Of a stretch of DNA of 64,000 bases, positions 13,665 to 26,800 are shown piece by piece (within the stretch, counting starts at the first letter, position 1; the number at the start of each line of letters is the position of its first letter). The notes under the pieces are model-generated. The model was not told the DNA's origin. It worked only from the letters and a program-made list of their open reading frames with translations, and made no database searches. Made by a program: the position numbers and the translations under genes. Where the stretch lies: the NCBI GenBank assembly GCA_973895155.1, contig OZ316892.1:23941971-24005970 (forward strand), in the 5' to 3' direction. The DNA is from Marsupella aquatica (Eukaryota > Plantae > Marchantiophyta).

Positions 13665-15243
13665 CTAATTAGTAGTCACAGCCTCCGATTCTTTCTGCGA
13701 CTGGAACTGGGAAAGAATCACTTTCTTGTTGGGGCCACCTCCGTTATAGAAGTTCTTGAGAAAGTGTCCATAAGTGAACTCAACATACTGAGGGGGGTGC
13801 TTCTCATCCACGAGAGCTGGAGCAGGCTTGATCTGAGCGGTCAGAGCTGGTGACAAGAAGAGCGCAACAGATGTACGTGACTGCGTCGTGTTGGTCACGA
13901 CTCGGTGCAAACAGCTCGGGTATCTTCCATTGCTCACGATCTGCACAGACCATGAAAGGATCGATGGTGACGAGAGTATTCTGGGGTTGAGCGAATAGAC
14001 GAAGTCCCCAACGTATATTAACCCAGCGATGAAACAAACTAAGAAAGACATGGACTCAAAGACTCCCAGATTTGAAGCACTACAGTTCACGAAGATGATC
14101 ATGACAAAGAGTATGTACCTGCAAGTGGTCACCAACGTTCACGACAAGTGCGTTCTCCAGGGATTTCACGTCAAACCATAGACCGTCTTTGAACATCTGC
14201 AAGCCTGCAATTTGATTCTGCTGTAGGATCGTGATCGTGTTGGGATCGGAGTGTTCCCGAATGCCCATCGTTAGACTGGGGTCAGGGCAGGGAGGGTAAT
14301 GATTTATCGCATAAAGCATTCTTGGATCTGTGCACTCGTTGCGAATGTAGTTGCTGTCAAGGCCTAACGATTCGCTGATGACCTCCAGCAGTCTCCACAC
14401 CAACGCTTGCTGTTCCAAGGAATATTTCATGATTGTTTCTCTGCAAGTTAAGTATCAAGAACACATACGGATTATTAGTTATATGGCTCCTAAGTATCAC
14501 TTAATTAATTGATAATAAGATGGATGATCAGTATCGGTCGCAGTTCGAAGGGTCCGTCACGGTCTCTAATATTAATTGGATTACAAACAAACAGTCTTGC
14601 TCCGAAATTGTCGTCCCGATTGCGTCCGTTCCACAGTCTGATCTGAACTCGGGACTATGCTGGGAACGGTACGTGTGAACCGCGAGAGAACTAGAGAAAA
14701 TTTACTCACACCACCACAAACAGTGATTACGTACCTGTAGCCTACTGGATGGACAGGCCAGTAGTCCATTGCGACAGCAGAGGCCGGCGCGCAGTTGATC
14801 TTCAAGACATCTCTCCAATCCCCTCGGCTACCCCCTCCGAAGTGAATCGGACCAGCAACTTTCTGCGGTGTGGTGGAGCGAATTTTCTCTTCTACCGGAA
14901 GCGCGAAGAATTCCTCCGATTCGGTGAACATTTTGCTGAGCAAAGTTGGATCCGACCCGTGGTTGACGATCTGGAAAAATCCCCACTCACAGGCCTTTCC
15001 GACGGCTCTTACCAACTCGTCCCGGGGAGACCCAAGGTCAACGACCGGAAGATAGGCTTGCGCGGTATCTGCGTCAACTATGGGAGAAGAATGCAGCCTC
15101 ATACTCTCCGGCTTGATGTAGTACTCGGGAATCGCCCCGTCGAAGTTTTTCAACAATTCCTGAACCCCTTTTTTTTCCAGAATGTCATCGCTTACCAGCG
15201 GTATCGCCTGCGACGGGCTGCAAATCTGAGCAAATGCTGCCAT
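13665..15243 (-). CDS. 2-oxoglutarate/Fe(II)-dependent dioxygenase (DOXC class, DMR6/flavonoid-hydroxylase-like); exons 15243-14735, 14440-14119, 13940-13665
   Basis: DIOX_N motifs (LPVVDL, ACEWGFFQIVNHG, DWRD), INHYPPCPDP, iron-binding HSD...H (REHSDPNTITIL / SCLHRVV) and the RTS 2OG-binding motif; GT-AG junctions found. Confidence 0.92.
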
Positions 15244-15259
15244 CGTCCCTTCAAAGCTG

Positions 15260-17160
15260 TCCGCACAAGCAAGTTTGTTTCACGATTAGACTCAGACCTC
15301 GACGTATCACGAATAGGTTGAACGGCAAAGCAGCTCAGAAACGCGTCCTTGAGAACTGTCGGCACAGACAAATTCGTTTCACGATTGAACTCAGACCTCG
15401 ATGTATCACAGATGGGTTGAACGGCAACGCAGCTGAGAAACGCAAAGGAAGGAACCACTTCAAAAGACCGACAGCTACCAGCACAGACAGCTTCGTTTCA
15501 CGATTTAAGAAGACCTCCACGCAGCACGGATGGATATAATGACAGTGCTACGTACTGAGAATAGAATCCCAAAGGTAAGAACCACCAAGAAACGGAGAGT
15601 TGTCGACACAGACAAATTCGTTTTACGATTGAACTCAGACCTCGACGCATCACGGATAGATCGAACGGCAATGCTACTTTAACACGCAAAGGAATGAACC
15701 ACCAAAAAAACCAAGAGTTGTCGACACAGACAATCTCTTTTCACGATTCAACTCAGACCTCGACAAACTCGGTTCACGATCCAACTCAGACCTCGACGCA
15801 GCCAGGATGGATGGGTCCCAACGGCAATGCTACTTTGTGACGCAAAAGAGTGAACCACCAAGTAAACCTAGAGCTGTGGGGCACAGAAAATTCGTTTCAC
15901 GATTGAACTCAGACCTCGACGCAGCAAACGGATATATAGATCGAACCGCAATGCTTCGAAACGCAAAGGAACCACCAAGTAAACCGAGAGCTCTGGGGCA
16001 CAAAAAATTAGTTCCACGATTGAACTCAGACCTCGACGCACCACACGGATATAGAGGTCGAACCGCAATGCTTCGAAACGCAAAGGAAGGAACCGCCAAG
16101 AAGACCAAGACCTGTGCAGGGCCGCACAGAACAATTAATTCGTCTCACGATTGAATACAGACCTCGACGCAGCACACGCGTAGATCGAACGGCAATGCTG
16201 TTTCGAAACGCAAAGGAAGGAACCACCAAGAACAGTTAGTCTCGAATACAGACCTCGACGCAGCACACAGATAGATCGAACGGCAATGCTACTTCGAAAC
16301 GCAAAGGAAGAGGGAACCACCAAGAACAATTCGTCTCACGATTGAATACAGACCTCGACGTAGCACACGGATAGATCGAACGGCAATGCTACTTCGAAAC
16401 GCAAAGGAAGGAACCACCAAGACGATCGACCAAGAGCTGTGAAGCGCACAGAAATTCGTTTCACGAGTGAACGCCGACCCTACACGGAAATTCGTTTCAC
16501 GATGGAACGCACACTTCGATGCAGCACGGATAGATCGAATGGGCATGCCACTGAGAAACGCAACGGAAGGAACGCACTCGCTCAGACGACCACAGCGAGA
16601 GCTCGTCGATGAGGAGTGAGAGAGAGATGGAATGGGAATGCCACTGAGAAACGGAACGGAAGGAACCCACTCGCTCAGACGACCCCACAGCGAGAGCTCG
16701 TCGATGAGGAGTGAGGGAGAGATCGAATGGGAATGCCACTGAGAAACGCAACGGAAGGAACGCACTCGCTCAGACGACCACAGTGAGAGCTCGTCGATGA
16801 GGAGTGAGAGAGAGATGGAATGGGAATGCCACTGAGAAACGGAACGGAAGGAACCCACTCGCTCAGACGACCACAGCGAGAGCTCGTCTATGAGGAGTGA
16901 GGGAGAGATCGAATGGGAATGCCACTGAGAAACGCAACGGAAGAAACCCACTCGCTCAGACGACCACGTACAGCGAGAGCTCGTCTATGAGGAGTGAGGG
17001 AGGGATCGAATGGGAATGCCACTGAGAAACGCAACGGAAGGAACCCACTCGCTCAGACGACCACAGCGAGAGCTCGTCGATGAGCAGTGAGGGAGAGAGC
17101 TCAGACGACCACAGCGAGAGCTCGTCGATGAGGAGTGAGGGAGAGAGAGAGAAAGAGAGA
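15260..17160. repeat. CpG-rich compound satellite: type A (~100-125-bp units, 15260-16520) grading into type B (~93-96-bp units, 16520-17160)
   Basis: Type A core tttcacgattgaactcagacctcgacgca..gatcgaacggcaatgct; type B core gaatgggaatgccactgagaaacgcaacggaaggaacccactcgctcagacgaccacagcgagagctcgtcgatgaggagtgag; both share the gaaacgcaa.ggaaggaacc segment. Confidence 0.9.
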
Positions 17161-17304
17161 GTGACTTCAGACAGCGAGAACTTGACAATATATACGTACA
17201 TGGCAACTGTGAGCGGCGAGACGATGCCGTCATTGTTCGGTAAAGGATGTGGACGCTGCCAGGTGTGGATTGGGTACACGTCGGTCTGACTGGCACTGGT
17301 CGGG

Positions 17305-18280
17305 CCGATTAAATGAGTTGATAGCTTAGTAAGCTTCCTCATTCATATTTGAGGTTTCACTATTGGCCCCCAAAATACATGCACCCAAAATGAAAAATGT
17401 TATAATTTGACAGGGGGTTACTGCATGGCAATGTTCGGGGGGGGGGGGGGGGGGAGTTAAATGAGTGAGTAGCTTAGTAAGCTTCCTAATTAATATTTGA
17501 GGTTTCACTATTGGCCCCCAAAATACACCCAAAATATTGACACGCAAAATGAAAAATGTCATTTGACGGGGATCCTGCATGGCACTGGTTTGGGCATAGC
17601 TTAGTACTAAGCTTCCTAATTAATATTTGAGGTTTCACTATTGGCCCCCAATATACACCCAAAATATTGACACCCAAAATGAAAAATGTTATTTGATAGG
17701 GATCCTGCATTGCACCGATTGCAGTGATTAAATGAGTGAGTAGCTTAATAATCTTACTAATTAACATTTGAGGTCTCAATGTTGGCTCGGGGGTTTCACT
17801 TCCATAAAAATGGCATATCACGTGCGACGAAGGATAGGGTCATTTTATTGGTTCTAAGAGAAGACTTAAGAATTTTTGTAGAAGAACAATAGGGTCTTTT
17901 AAATTCCATTTTGAGACTTATAAGAACATTATGGCATTTTTAATCCAATTTTTAGAATATTCCAACTTTATAGGGGTTAAAAAATTAAAAAAAATTCTTA
18001 CATTTTAGGGGGTCCGAGCCCTAAAAACGTCACAGGCGATGGGGAGGTCCCCATATAGTGAGACCCCCGAGAATGTTGGCCCCTAAAGTACACCCAAAAT
18101 ATACCCATAATTTTGACACCCAACATGAAAACTATTATTTAACAGGGATACTGCATGGCACTGGTAGGGGGGATTAAATGAGTGATAAGCTTAGTAATCT
18201 TACAAAATAATATTTGAGGTCTCAATATTGGCCCCAAAAATACACCCCAAATGAAAATTGTTATTTGATAAGGATCCCTC
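17305..18280. repeat. Degenerate AT-rich tandem repeat (ttaaatgagtgagtagcttagtaagcttcctaattaatatttgaggtttcactattggccccc...), ~5 units
   Basis: Core recurs near 17310, 17460, 17600, 17730 and 18175. Confidence 0.8.
17786..18071. mobile_element. 286-bp MITE with CTCGGGGGT..CACT TIRs and an 8-bp TSD (AATGTTGG)
   Basis: aatgttgg|ctcgggggtttcact ... agtgagacccccgag|aatgttgg; removing it restores the host repeat unit gaggtctcaatgttggcccc (compare the intact unit near 18217). Confidence 0.85.
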
Positions 18281-20374
18281 AGGAGTCCAGTCAGTTGATT
18301 AACATATATCCAGTCAGTTGATAACCTTATATCAATACACTTAAACCTAGGGGTTCCAATAATGAAGTCACAACAATTTTCATTTTGAGTGTTCATCCAG
18401 GTCAGCAAATACCTTATTTTTGCTAAGTCAAAATACATAATGCTCTTCAACCATACCTACCCTTTAAAACTTCTGGGTTACTTGTAACTAGCTACCATTA
18501 AAAATAATTTTCCTTGAAATTGTGGAGCAAATTGGCACAGCAGACGAGAGAAGTTGAATGGAATCTATTGAAGGAGAAGATATATGCTACAAAAATTCCT
18601 TCTCTCAGGTAGCCATGGGTTGGCTGACAGGGTCTCCAAATGTGAGTAATGTTTTAACAGAGTAAGCCCCTAAAGTGCACAACTACGTACCCTCTTAAGT
18701 TGCCCTGACCACTTTTTCAATTAGAAAGGTTCCCCTCGTCGGAGTTGTACATTCCTCACGCATTCAAGTTATTTATTGCAGTCTTCTCCAAACAAGCAAT
18801 ATAGTAGTTAGTTAGTTTAGGGGAATTTAGTAATATTTTGTTCAATGTAATTTTGAAAGTGGGATTGTATTCTTTTCACCACCGTGGCCAATGTTATATT
18901 GTATGAAGGAGAAGGTATATGCTACAAATATTATTTATCTCAGATAGCCATGCATTCTGGCTGATGGGGCCTGCTAATGTGAGTAACATATCTACTGAGT
19001 TAGCACAAGCTCTTCAGTTGCCCTGGCTGAAAACCGCACTGAAAACTAATTTAATTAGAAAGCTGCCCCATGGATTAATCATAGTCAATGCATGCATTCA
19101 TTTCAAAAAATCATAGGCATACATTCCTCACGCATTTGCATTATTTATGGCAGTTTATTTCAAATGGGTAATATAGTAATATAATTAGTTAGGGGGGGAG
19201 CTTACTGGGAATGATTTAATTTGTTAGGTAACACAATACACAAATTCTTTTTACAGGGTGGCTAAAGAATATGATTGGTGGCTAAATTAAGAATATTCTT
19301 AGCATCTTCACCTTCACACAATAATCTTTATCTGATTTTCATGCTTTACTTTCTGACCATTAGATATCCCTCTTTTCAGCCAGGGTAAGCCATGGATTAT
19401 GGCTAATGGCGCCTTTGGCTAGGTAGAAAATTGACTGATGGTAAACAAAAAACCTGGTGTGTTTTTCTCAAATTGGGATGACATTCAGGGTGGTGGGCCT
19501 TTGCTGAGTTTTCACCACTTCAAAAATTCAGGCAGTGGGTTTTAGAGTTTAGGGTTTAAGAGTGACACTGGTGATTGATGTGATTTTTATCAATGATAAT
19601 TATATTACATTGCCAAAAAACAAATTAGGGCAAACCTGGAAATATAATCATAAAGACACCAGACCCAATGAAAGAAACAAAACAAGGGAAATCCCCACCA
19701 ATGAATACAAAGTGCCCAAAATCTTGAGAGTCCCCTAGAGAGTCCCCGACAGCAGAAAATTCACCCCATAGGAAGTCCAGGACAGAACCTCTGAAAAAAT
19801 GGAAGAAAATAGAGGCTAGGGAGGAAGGAGCTGGTTGTCAGCCTGTACACCACAACAATGAAAGCTACTGTGCGTACCCATCATGAAGCATGTGCTTTTG
19901 TGACAAAAACTAGCCAAATTTCACCTGATTGGACAGGGCTAGCCACTTTTGGCAATGCATGTCTTTTTGGTCTCAGGAAGAGCTATTTGCTCAATGTCAT
20001 TTGAGCAAATGACATAATGCTATATGCAAGATTTGGCTTGACTTGGCCAAATTATTATGCAAATGCCAAATGTCAATCTTGCAATGCATTTGATTTGAAA
20101 GAGTTATCAACCCTCTCAAAACTATGGTCTAGTATGGCCGTTCCATTTCATGTGTTTTGGTTCAAAAGTTTAGCAGTCATTTGTGCATAAGAATTTGCAT
20201 ATAATATTCTGTACAAACCTATCATACCTCTCTGGAAAGAGAATTGAATAAGCTTTCTAACAAGCTAATTTGTATTTGATTCCAATTTGATTTGAGAGAG
20301 TCATAAGCACTAAAAGCATCATGAGTAAATTATTTAACGCACCAATTAACCCACCACTCAAGTACTAAGTAAGG

Positions 20375-20586
20375 TGTTAGGATTTACTCTTAGGTCTAGA
20401 GTTACAACTATACCGTAGTTAAGGCTAACCTTAGTTGCAGAGTTTAAGATGAAGGACTTAGGGCCAGCTCTGATATCAATTGTTATGATTTACTCTTAGG
20501 TCTAGAGTTACGACTATACAGTACTTAAGGCTAACCTTAGTTGCAGAGTTTAAGATGAAGGACTTAGGGCCAGCTCTGATACCAAT
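20375..20586 (+). repeat. Two 106-bp units made of LTR 5' end + RT fragment + reverse-complement PBS, directly upstream of the Copia LTR
   Basis: Units start with TGTTA at 20375 and 20481; each contains gcagagtttaagatgaaggacttagggccagct (31/33 identical to 37761-37793) and ends gctctgata(t/c)caat. Confidence 0.85.
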
Positions 20587-20931
20587 TGTTAGGATATCCT
20601 CTTAGGTCTAGAGTTACGACTATACCGTAGTTAAGGCTAACCTTAGTTGCAGACTTGGTTAGGTTAGTCATGTTGTGCACACTCTATAACCAAGAGGTGT
20701 TTGCTTGGAGAGAGGGAACTCAGGCTCATTGTTACGGAGCCAGTTGAGAGATAGGGAGAGCTTGCAATGTGGATGCTTGGTATGGCTGGTTGGCCTAGAG
20801 TGCAGTAAAGCTCTCGTGTGTTCCCGTGGACGTAGCCTCATGTGGAGGTGAACCACATATCTCTCTGTGTCGACTACTGTGCATTGGATGATTCATGGGC
20901 TTGCCGTTGCAATTGTCGTCTATGCTCAAAA
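20587..20931 (+). repeat. 5' LTR of the Copia element
   Basis: Begins TGTTAG; contains the cccgtggacgtag...gtgaaccac U5 motif common in plant Copia LTRs; immediately precedes the PBS. The 3' boundary is approximate. Confidence 0.75.
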
Positions 20932-20933
20932 AT

Positions 20934-20945
20934 TGGTATCAGAGC
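20934..20945 (+). promoter_or_regulatory. Primer-binding site complementary to the initiator Met-tRNA 3' end
   Basis: TGGTATCAGAGC directly after the LTR. Confidence 0.92.
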
Positions 20946-22474
20946 ATGCCTGGGAGGTGACGAGGTTTTTTCGTGACGGTTTTCCAACGTTCATTGTCAG
21001 TGTTGCATTTGGAGTTTCACGCATGAAACTTGTATGTGTGTGGCTGAGCGGATAGATTAGTGAGAGGGCTTTCTATCGGTGTATAGAACTCACTGGTTGG
21101 TATCTGTGGTGCGGAGGAATCGGACTTTGCGTCATTCTGGATTTATTTGTGTTCGACGGTTTTTTGGGGGAGAGACCAGAGCTTGTGTTTTCAACGGTGT
21201 GAGTTGTGCGGTGCTGGCGGCGTCGCATGTTATAGCTCAAGTTGGAGGTTAAGGAGAGCTGATCGTTTCGGTAGCTGAGTTGCTACCGAGTGGTTACCGA
21301 GTGCGTCGTGACGAGCGAAAGAAGCGTTCAGGTTTTTTCACAGGCTATAGAGCTTGTTCCCATCTGAACCGGGTTTCTCATCGTGACGTCTAACTTGGAG
21401 GAAGAAACGCAAAGTGCTACGGCTCAACGGTGAGATCGCGACAAGGCGGTCGTTTTGAGTCCGGGATTGGCACTTGATGCGGAGTGATGGCGACGTGATA
21501 GAAGTTTTTTCTTTGCTGGAGCAGCAAAGTGTGCCGATGCAATTTGGCAACTTTTTCCGTCGGTGGCATTCACTTTCCTCATGTAAACGGCAGCGGCAAA
21601 GGTGTGTAATCAACACAGTTTTCTTTGGAGTTGTTTTTGTTTTTAAAGGGGTTTTTAAACACCCTTTTTGGTGTATATTGTGTGTGTATACACACAATAT
21701 TGGCTGGCCTTGTACCCCCGTCTTCTCTCCCGTTTGTAGTTGCAACGACGAGCTGTGCAGCGCCGGCCGGCGCTTTTCGCGCGCTCGTACGCCCTTCGCC
21801 ATACCCCGCCAGTCGATGTCGCGGCCCCGTCCTGTCATCGTATGCCCGGCCCTTAGTGTACTCATGGCTGCGTATGCAGCTGCTTTGTCCCCCGCGCCCT
21901 TCGTACACCCCTGCGCAATCCCGGCCCGACCCCTTTATACGTGCATTTTTCTTAAGGGGCCTTAAAACTCCTTTTGGGCCCAGTTTTATTTTAGCCCTCC
22001 CCCCTTCTCATTGGTTGTGCCGCATCTTGGGCCCTGTGACCCTCCATTTTAACCGCTTAGATAGGGGGGACGGCCCCCTGTGAGACCTGTCGGACTGTGC
22101 GGGAATATTCCCAAAAAACAGAGAGCTATTTTTTGGCCATCCGACAAAGATTCCGCGCGCCGAATGGTAATTGTTTTGGTTCTTTTTTGGCGAGGTCGTA
22201 GCCATTGAAGTTAGCAACGTGGCGCACCAATCAAATTGCGATTCCGACAATGGGTTGTACTTGGCATTTTGGTTGTTCCCTGAGGTGGTCAAACGGGGGA
22301 GTTTCCCAAGGTTTTACCCACCCCGACCAAAATTTGAATAACTTTTCTGTCGAACTTCAATTTTGATTTTGGTTTTCAATGTTGGACTCCTAGCTTTGTG
22401 GGCTACACAACGGTGTTTTGTTTTGAGTTTTTTGAGAAGTTGTGAAAAACGACATTTTTTTGTGATTTTCTCAT

Positions 22475-23258
22475 ATGAGTGATTTGGAAGAGATTTTCGA
22501 AGACGTGGAACTTGAAGCACGAGGATCACCGCGACAGTTTGAGGTGGAGAGAGAAGAGCAGGAGGAAGAGCACGTGACATCGGTACCATCACCGATGCGC
22601 CTTGTGGTGGAGGAAGCTGTTCTACTACCGGAGCTCATGGTAGTGCAAAAAAAGAAGATGGGGACGTTCAAGCTTGGGGGACCCAAGTATGAAGTGACAA
22701 AGTATGATGGGCGCTCTGACTACTTGCTATGGAAGAAGCAGGTGAAGGGAGTGCTCTATGCATCAAGGATGGGCCAACTGCTGAGCCCTCATGAAGACAA
22801 TGTTGACTGCATGCAGGAGCAGGGAGTGTGGTGTGTTACACTCTATCTCATGCCTCCCATCATCAAGCAGTTGGGTGCACATAAGGATTGCATGTCCTTA
22901 TTTGCGGAATTGCAGAGCAAGTATCACTGCAAGGAATTGTCGAACCGGCTCTACACTTCCTACAAACTGATGAGTTTCAGGATGAAGGAATCCGGTACAA
23001 AGTTGCAAGACCATGTGGATGCTTTCAACGACATGGTCGTTGACTTGGAAAACCTTGCCTAGGGAGACTTTGAATGATGAGACGAAGGCTCTGCAACTTC
23101 TCAGTTCATTGCCTCCATCTTACCAGTCTCTATCACGAGTCAGTGTTGTTGCATCGTGATAAGGATAATATTTCATACAATGACGTGGTAAGTTCTCTAC
23201 TTAGTGATGATCTTTAGCAGAAGATGCACATCACGTCACAGCCTTCATCAGCTGGTAT
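22475..23258 (+). pseudogene. gag: Copia gag, 5' part (stops/frameshifts; cut by the DNA transposon)
   Basis: KYEVTKYDGRSDYLLWKKQVKGVL and ...LMSFRMKESGTKLQDHVDAFNDMVVDL (UBN2-type gag), LLSSLPPSYQ. Confidence 0.85.
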
Positions 23259-23848
23259 CACTATATTCATTAAAACTGAAATTATAAAGGATATAGGGAA
23301 ATTTGGCGATTTAAAAACATAGTTTTAGGCATGAAAATCGTAAATTTGGAAGATGAAAAATGAAAATTCAAGCATCATTAAATGTAAATTTGGGGACGAA
23401 AAAATGAAATTTGGGGAAAGTAAAATATTAAATTGGATGATATTAAAAAACATTTGGGTGATAAAAGTGTTCATTTGGTTGGAAAATAGATAGAATCTAG
23501 TAATAACATATAAGCTTGGATAGCATCTATATTCAAAACATTTAGCTTGAGTAAGATATCTAACTAAGCACCAATACAATGGAATGACTATAGTGTCTAG
23601 ACAAAGTTAACTAGGATGATATCCAACCTACTAGAAGGAATGAAATGGCATCATTTTCTAGAATTAAAATATACTAAGACAAATAAAATAATAATTATAA
23701 GAAAGTCCATTCAATAGCTTTGAGAGATCATAGAGTATTAATTTGATTGTCTTGTTCTCTCACTTTAGACAAACGCATGGAAATCAACTCGACCCTCTTA
23801 ATCACAAGTCATTTGAGTGGAGACTTGTAACCTACGAGTTCTATCAAT

Positions 23849-26800
23849 CTACTCATCAATTATACCTTCCATGTAAATTTTGAGAGTTTTCAAAACATTC
23901 TTAGGAATTGTCAAACCTCTATCCATAATATTTTGTTCTTTAGCACCTGACTTAAACCCATACATTGCAGAATTTGCAAACTGCCAACTTTGAGTAACAT
24001 TGTCAAACCCAAGATCCAGCTCCCAAGTCTTAGTGGTTTGAAAGCAACGTTCATATCGAACATCATCCTTTGCATCATGCTTACCATGTTTAGACCTCCA
24101 CCATTGTACTTGGAACATAGGAGCATTCCTCTTAGGAATGCTCTCAACAGATGTTGAAGAAGACCCTTCAATATGTTGCAAATCTGTTGAGGGAACCTCA
24201 TGGTTTGGATCCACACCACCCAAAGCTCGAACCAACCAGAAACGCCCTTTGCCATTTTCCTGTTCCCATTCATCCTCTGGACGTAAAAATACAAAGTGAC
24301 CTTCTTGAATATCTTGTAGAGGAATCCAACGTGCAGGTTCTCGCTCTTGTCGTGCACCAACAAAGGGTGCAGCTTGATCTTCCATCTCTTCCATGTACTC
24401 ATTTTGAAGGTCCATCATCTCTGGATTTTGAGAAGGTTCACTTGACGGTTGAGATGTCCCAAAAATCATCTTGTAACCTGTGCCATGGTTAGTCTTTGGC
24501 CAAAAATCAGTTGTCAATGGCAAATGTCTTTCCCCCTCCCCTTCTATTGTAAGTTCCTCGGACAGTGCTTGCACAAGATTCTCCCAATATTTGACTAGAG
24601 GAAATCTCTCTTTATATGCTGCAGAGGTCTCACCCTTACAACTTTTCTTCAAGAAATCAATATAGCGATTAAGGAATGGGATGATTTCTCCAGCCTTCTT
24701 TTGTACATCCCCAGATATAGGTTTTGCAAATGGTTGGCCTTCCGGTAAAATGAGTGCATTTGTGATGGGATCAGTTCTCCAAATGGACCTCCCCATTGCT
24801 GGAAGCCAAGGTTGCTTGACATGTGCTTTACATTGATACACTGGCACATTATCCCTCATGGAGAAAAGAAATGCCACTGGTTTTGAGTGACCTTCTATCT
24901 CTTTCACCTGGAAAGTTTTCAAATACTCCTTGTAAGATGCAACCTCTTGAATCAATCGTGGTACAGGATGAATGCTTTCACACTCCCAAACCTCAGCCAT
25001 CAACCCCAAGAGGGTAGCAACCTCTTTGTATCTGACCTGTTTGGATACTTGAGAAAATAATGCATCCACGTCTTCATGGGTGTGGCCAACCATGAGGAAT
25101 GACATTTGCACAGTTTCAAACACCCCCCTGCTAACAAGCTCAGTGCAAAATGCCATCACATATTGATTTTTGTTATCTTTCCCTGAATTGTCCATCTGCA
25201 ACGTTAGGTGCCTTGGTAAGGGCTTGAAAGAGCCCCTAGTAGTCTCAGGATCATCCTTAGAACCAACATCCACTGTGCTTGACTTTTTAGTCTCCTGACC
25301 ATCTTCAATGCCTTGAAATCGAACAATTGAAACATTTTTGGGTTCCAAGTAACCGGCCAGAAATGCTTCAAAGTCTAGAAGGGACTGAAATATTGGCCTA
25401 GTTGCATTCCAATTCAATCCCTCAAGAAGGTCTCCAGTTTTGTCTCCTGTGTAATCTTCCAAATCTCGGAGGCATTTGGCCAAAGATGTCACGGTAAAGT
25501 CTGCATCTCCAGGCCAAAGTCCAGTCAAACTGAAATGTGCATAAACTCCAGGATCTCTTCCATGGGTTAACATCCCAGTAAGAGCAATAGGCAAAGGCTG
25601 ACCACTACCAAAGAGGGATTTTGGAGTGGGGACCAACCTGGGGATCCAAGTCTTGGCTTGATCCATCTTATCGTGAATAATGCAAAGATAGTTTTGAGGA
25701 TCTTTCTTTGCAAGAACCCTATGAGCATAGTAAACATATCTTCTTGACATTTGTTCACGAAGATGTCGCGCTCTTTTCTCTTCAATCTCTGCACGCTCTT
25801 TTTTTCTCTTCTCCCGCATCAATTGATCTTTGAACTCAGTGCAAAATGTGCACTTGGCAAATGCACTTCCCTTGTGAAAGTCAAAATTATCAAATGAGTT
25901 TTTCCAGATGTTGTACATAGTAACTTCAGTAACCTTAGCAAACCCATCTAATTCCATCTTGGTAAACACCTCTTGGAAAATCTCCTTCTTAGTAAAACAA
26001 GATGGGAGCCGATATTCAATAGTGTCAGTGCCGTTGGACCCACCATAGGGAAGATGTGGCATTGGTTCCCCATTTTGGATTAAAATGGACTCCAACAAGG
26101 CGCGAGCGTGCAAAGTGCTTGATCGTGTCTTCCGTTGTCCCTGATTTCCATGGAAACCAATTGTGCAACCAGCTTTGTATTGATTTTTGTAGTCATAGTA
26201 CTTTGTTGTACTGAACCCATGCATTTTAATAAATGCATCTTTACAAACCACACGTCCCTTTAGAACAAAAAATCCCTTTCTCTTGACTTGCTCCTCTCTA
26301 CACCCAAAGAGACTAAAGATGTGACTTGTTTTGTTGTCACTTGACATTCCATGGCATTCCCTCCTCATTGCCTCTAAGTCCTCCCTGGGCATGTTCAAGC
26401 AACACTTCAGCTTGCAACAACCTTCTCTTTGGATGGAATCAATGGACTCCTCGTTAATTTTCAAAAGTGCCCTCGACTCCAAATGCCTTTTCTTCCTCTC
26501 CTCAAGATCAACTTTTGTCCTCCTAATGAAATTGTATGGTCTTTTTGTAGGTTTACCATCACCATCCGAATCCGGATCGCCCTTAGTTCGACCCGACTCC
26601 ATCCACTTCTCTGAAACTTCCTCAAGGATATCCCCAAGAAACCTTTGAGACGAAATCAATAGAAGGGATTTGATTTCCCACCTCACCAAGCCAGGGGTAC
26701 CAACACGGATATTTGGAAATAATCCGGGTTCATTGATATTCACAACAGCAACACCAACATGATCTGCACCAAGAAGTTCATCGTCAACGGCACCTGTTTC

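Noticed and set aside
15192-17342. Many 60-220-aa ORFs in the satellite
   Set aside because: Translations are repetitive products of the tandem repeat with no recognisable domain.
19540-19562. TTTAGGG-like motifs as interstitial telomere
   Set aside because: Only one perfect unit in AT-rich sequence; too short to call.
21338-22292. Overlapping ORFs in the Copia 5' leader (possible extra gene)
   Set aside because: GC-rich leader with ORFs on both strands and no recognisable motifs; treated as non-coding.
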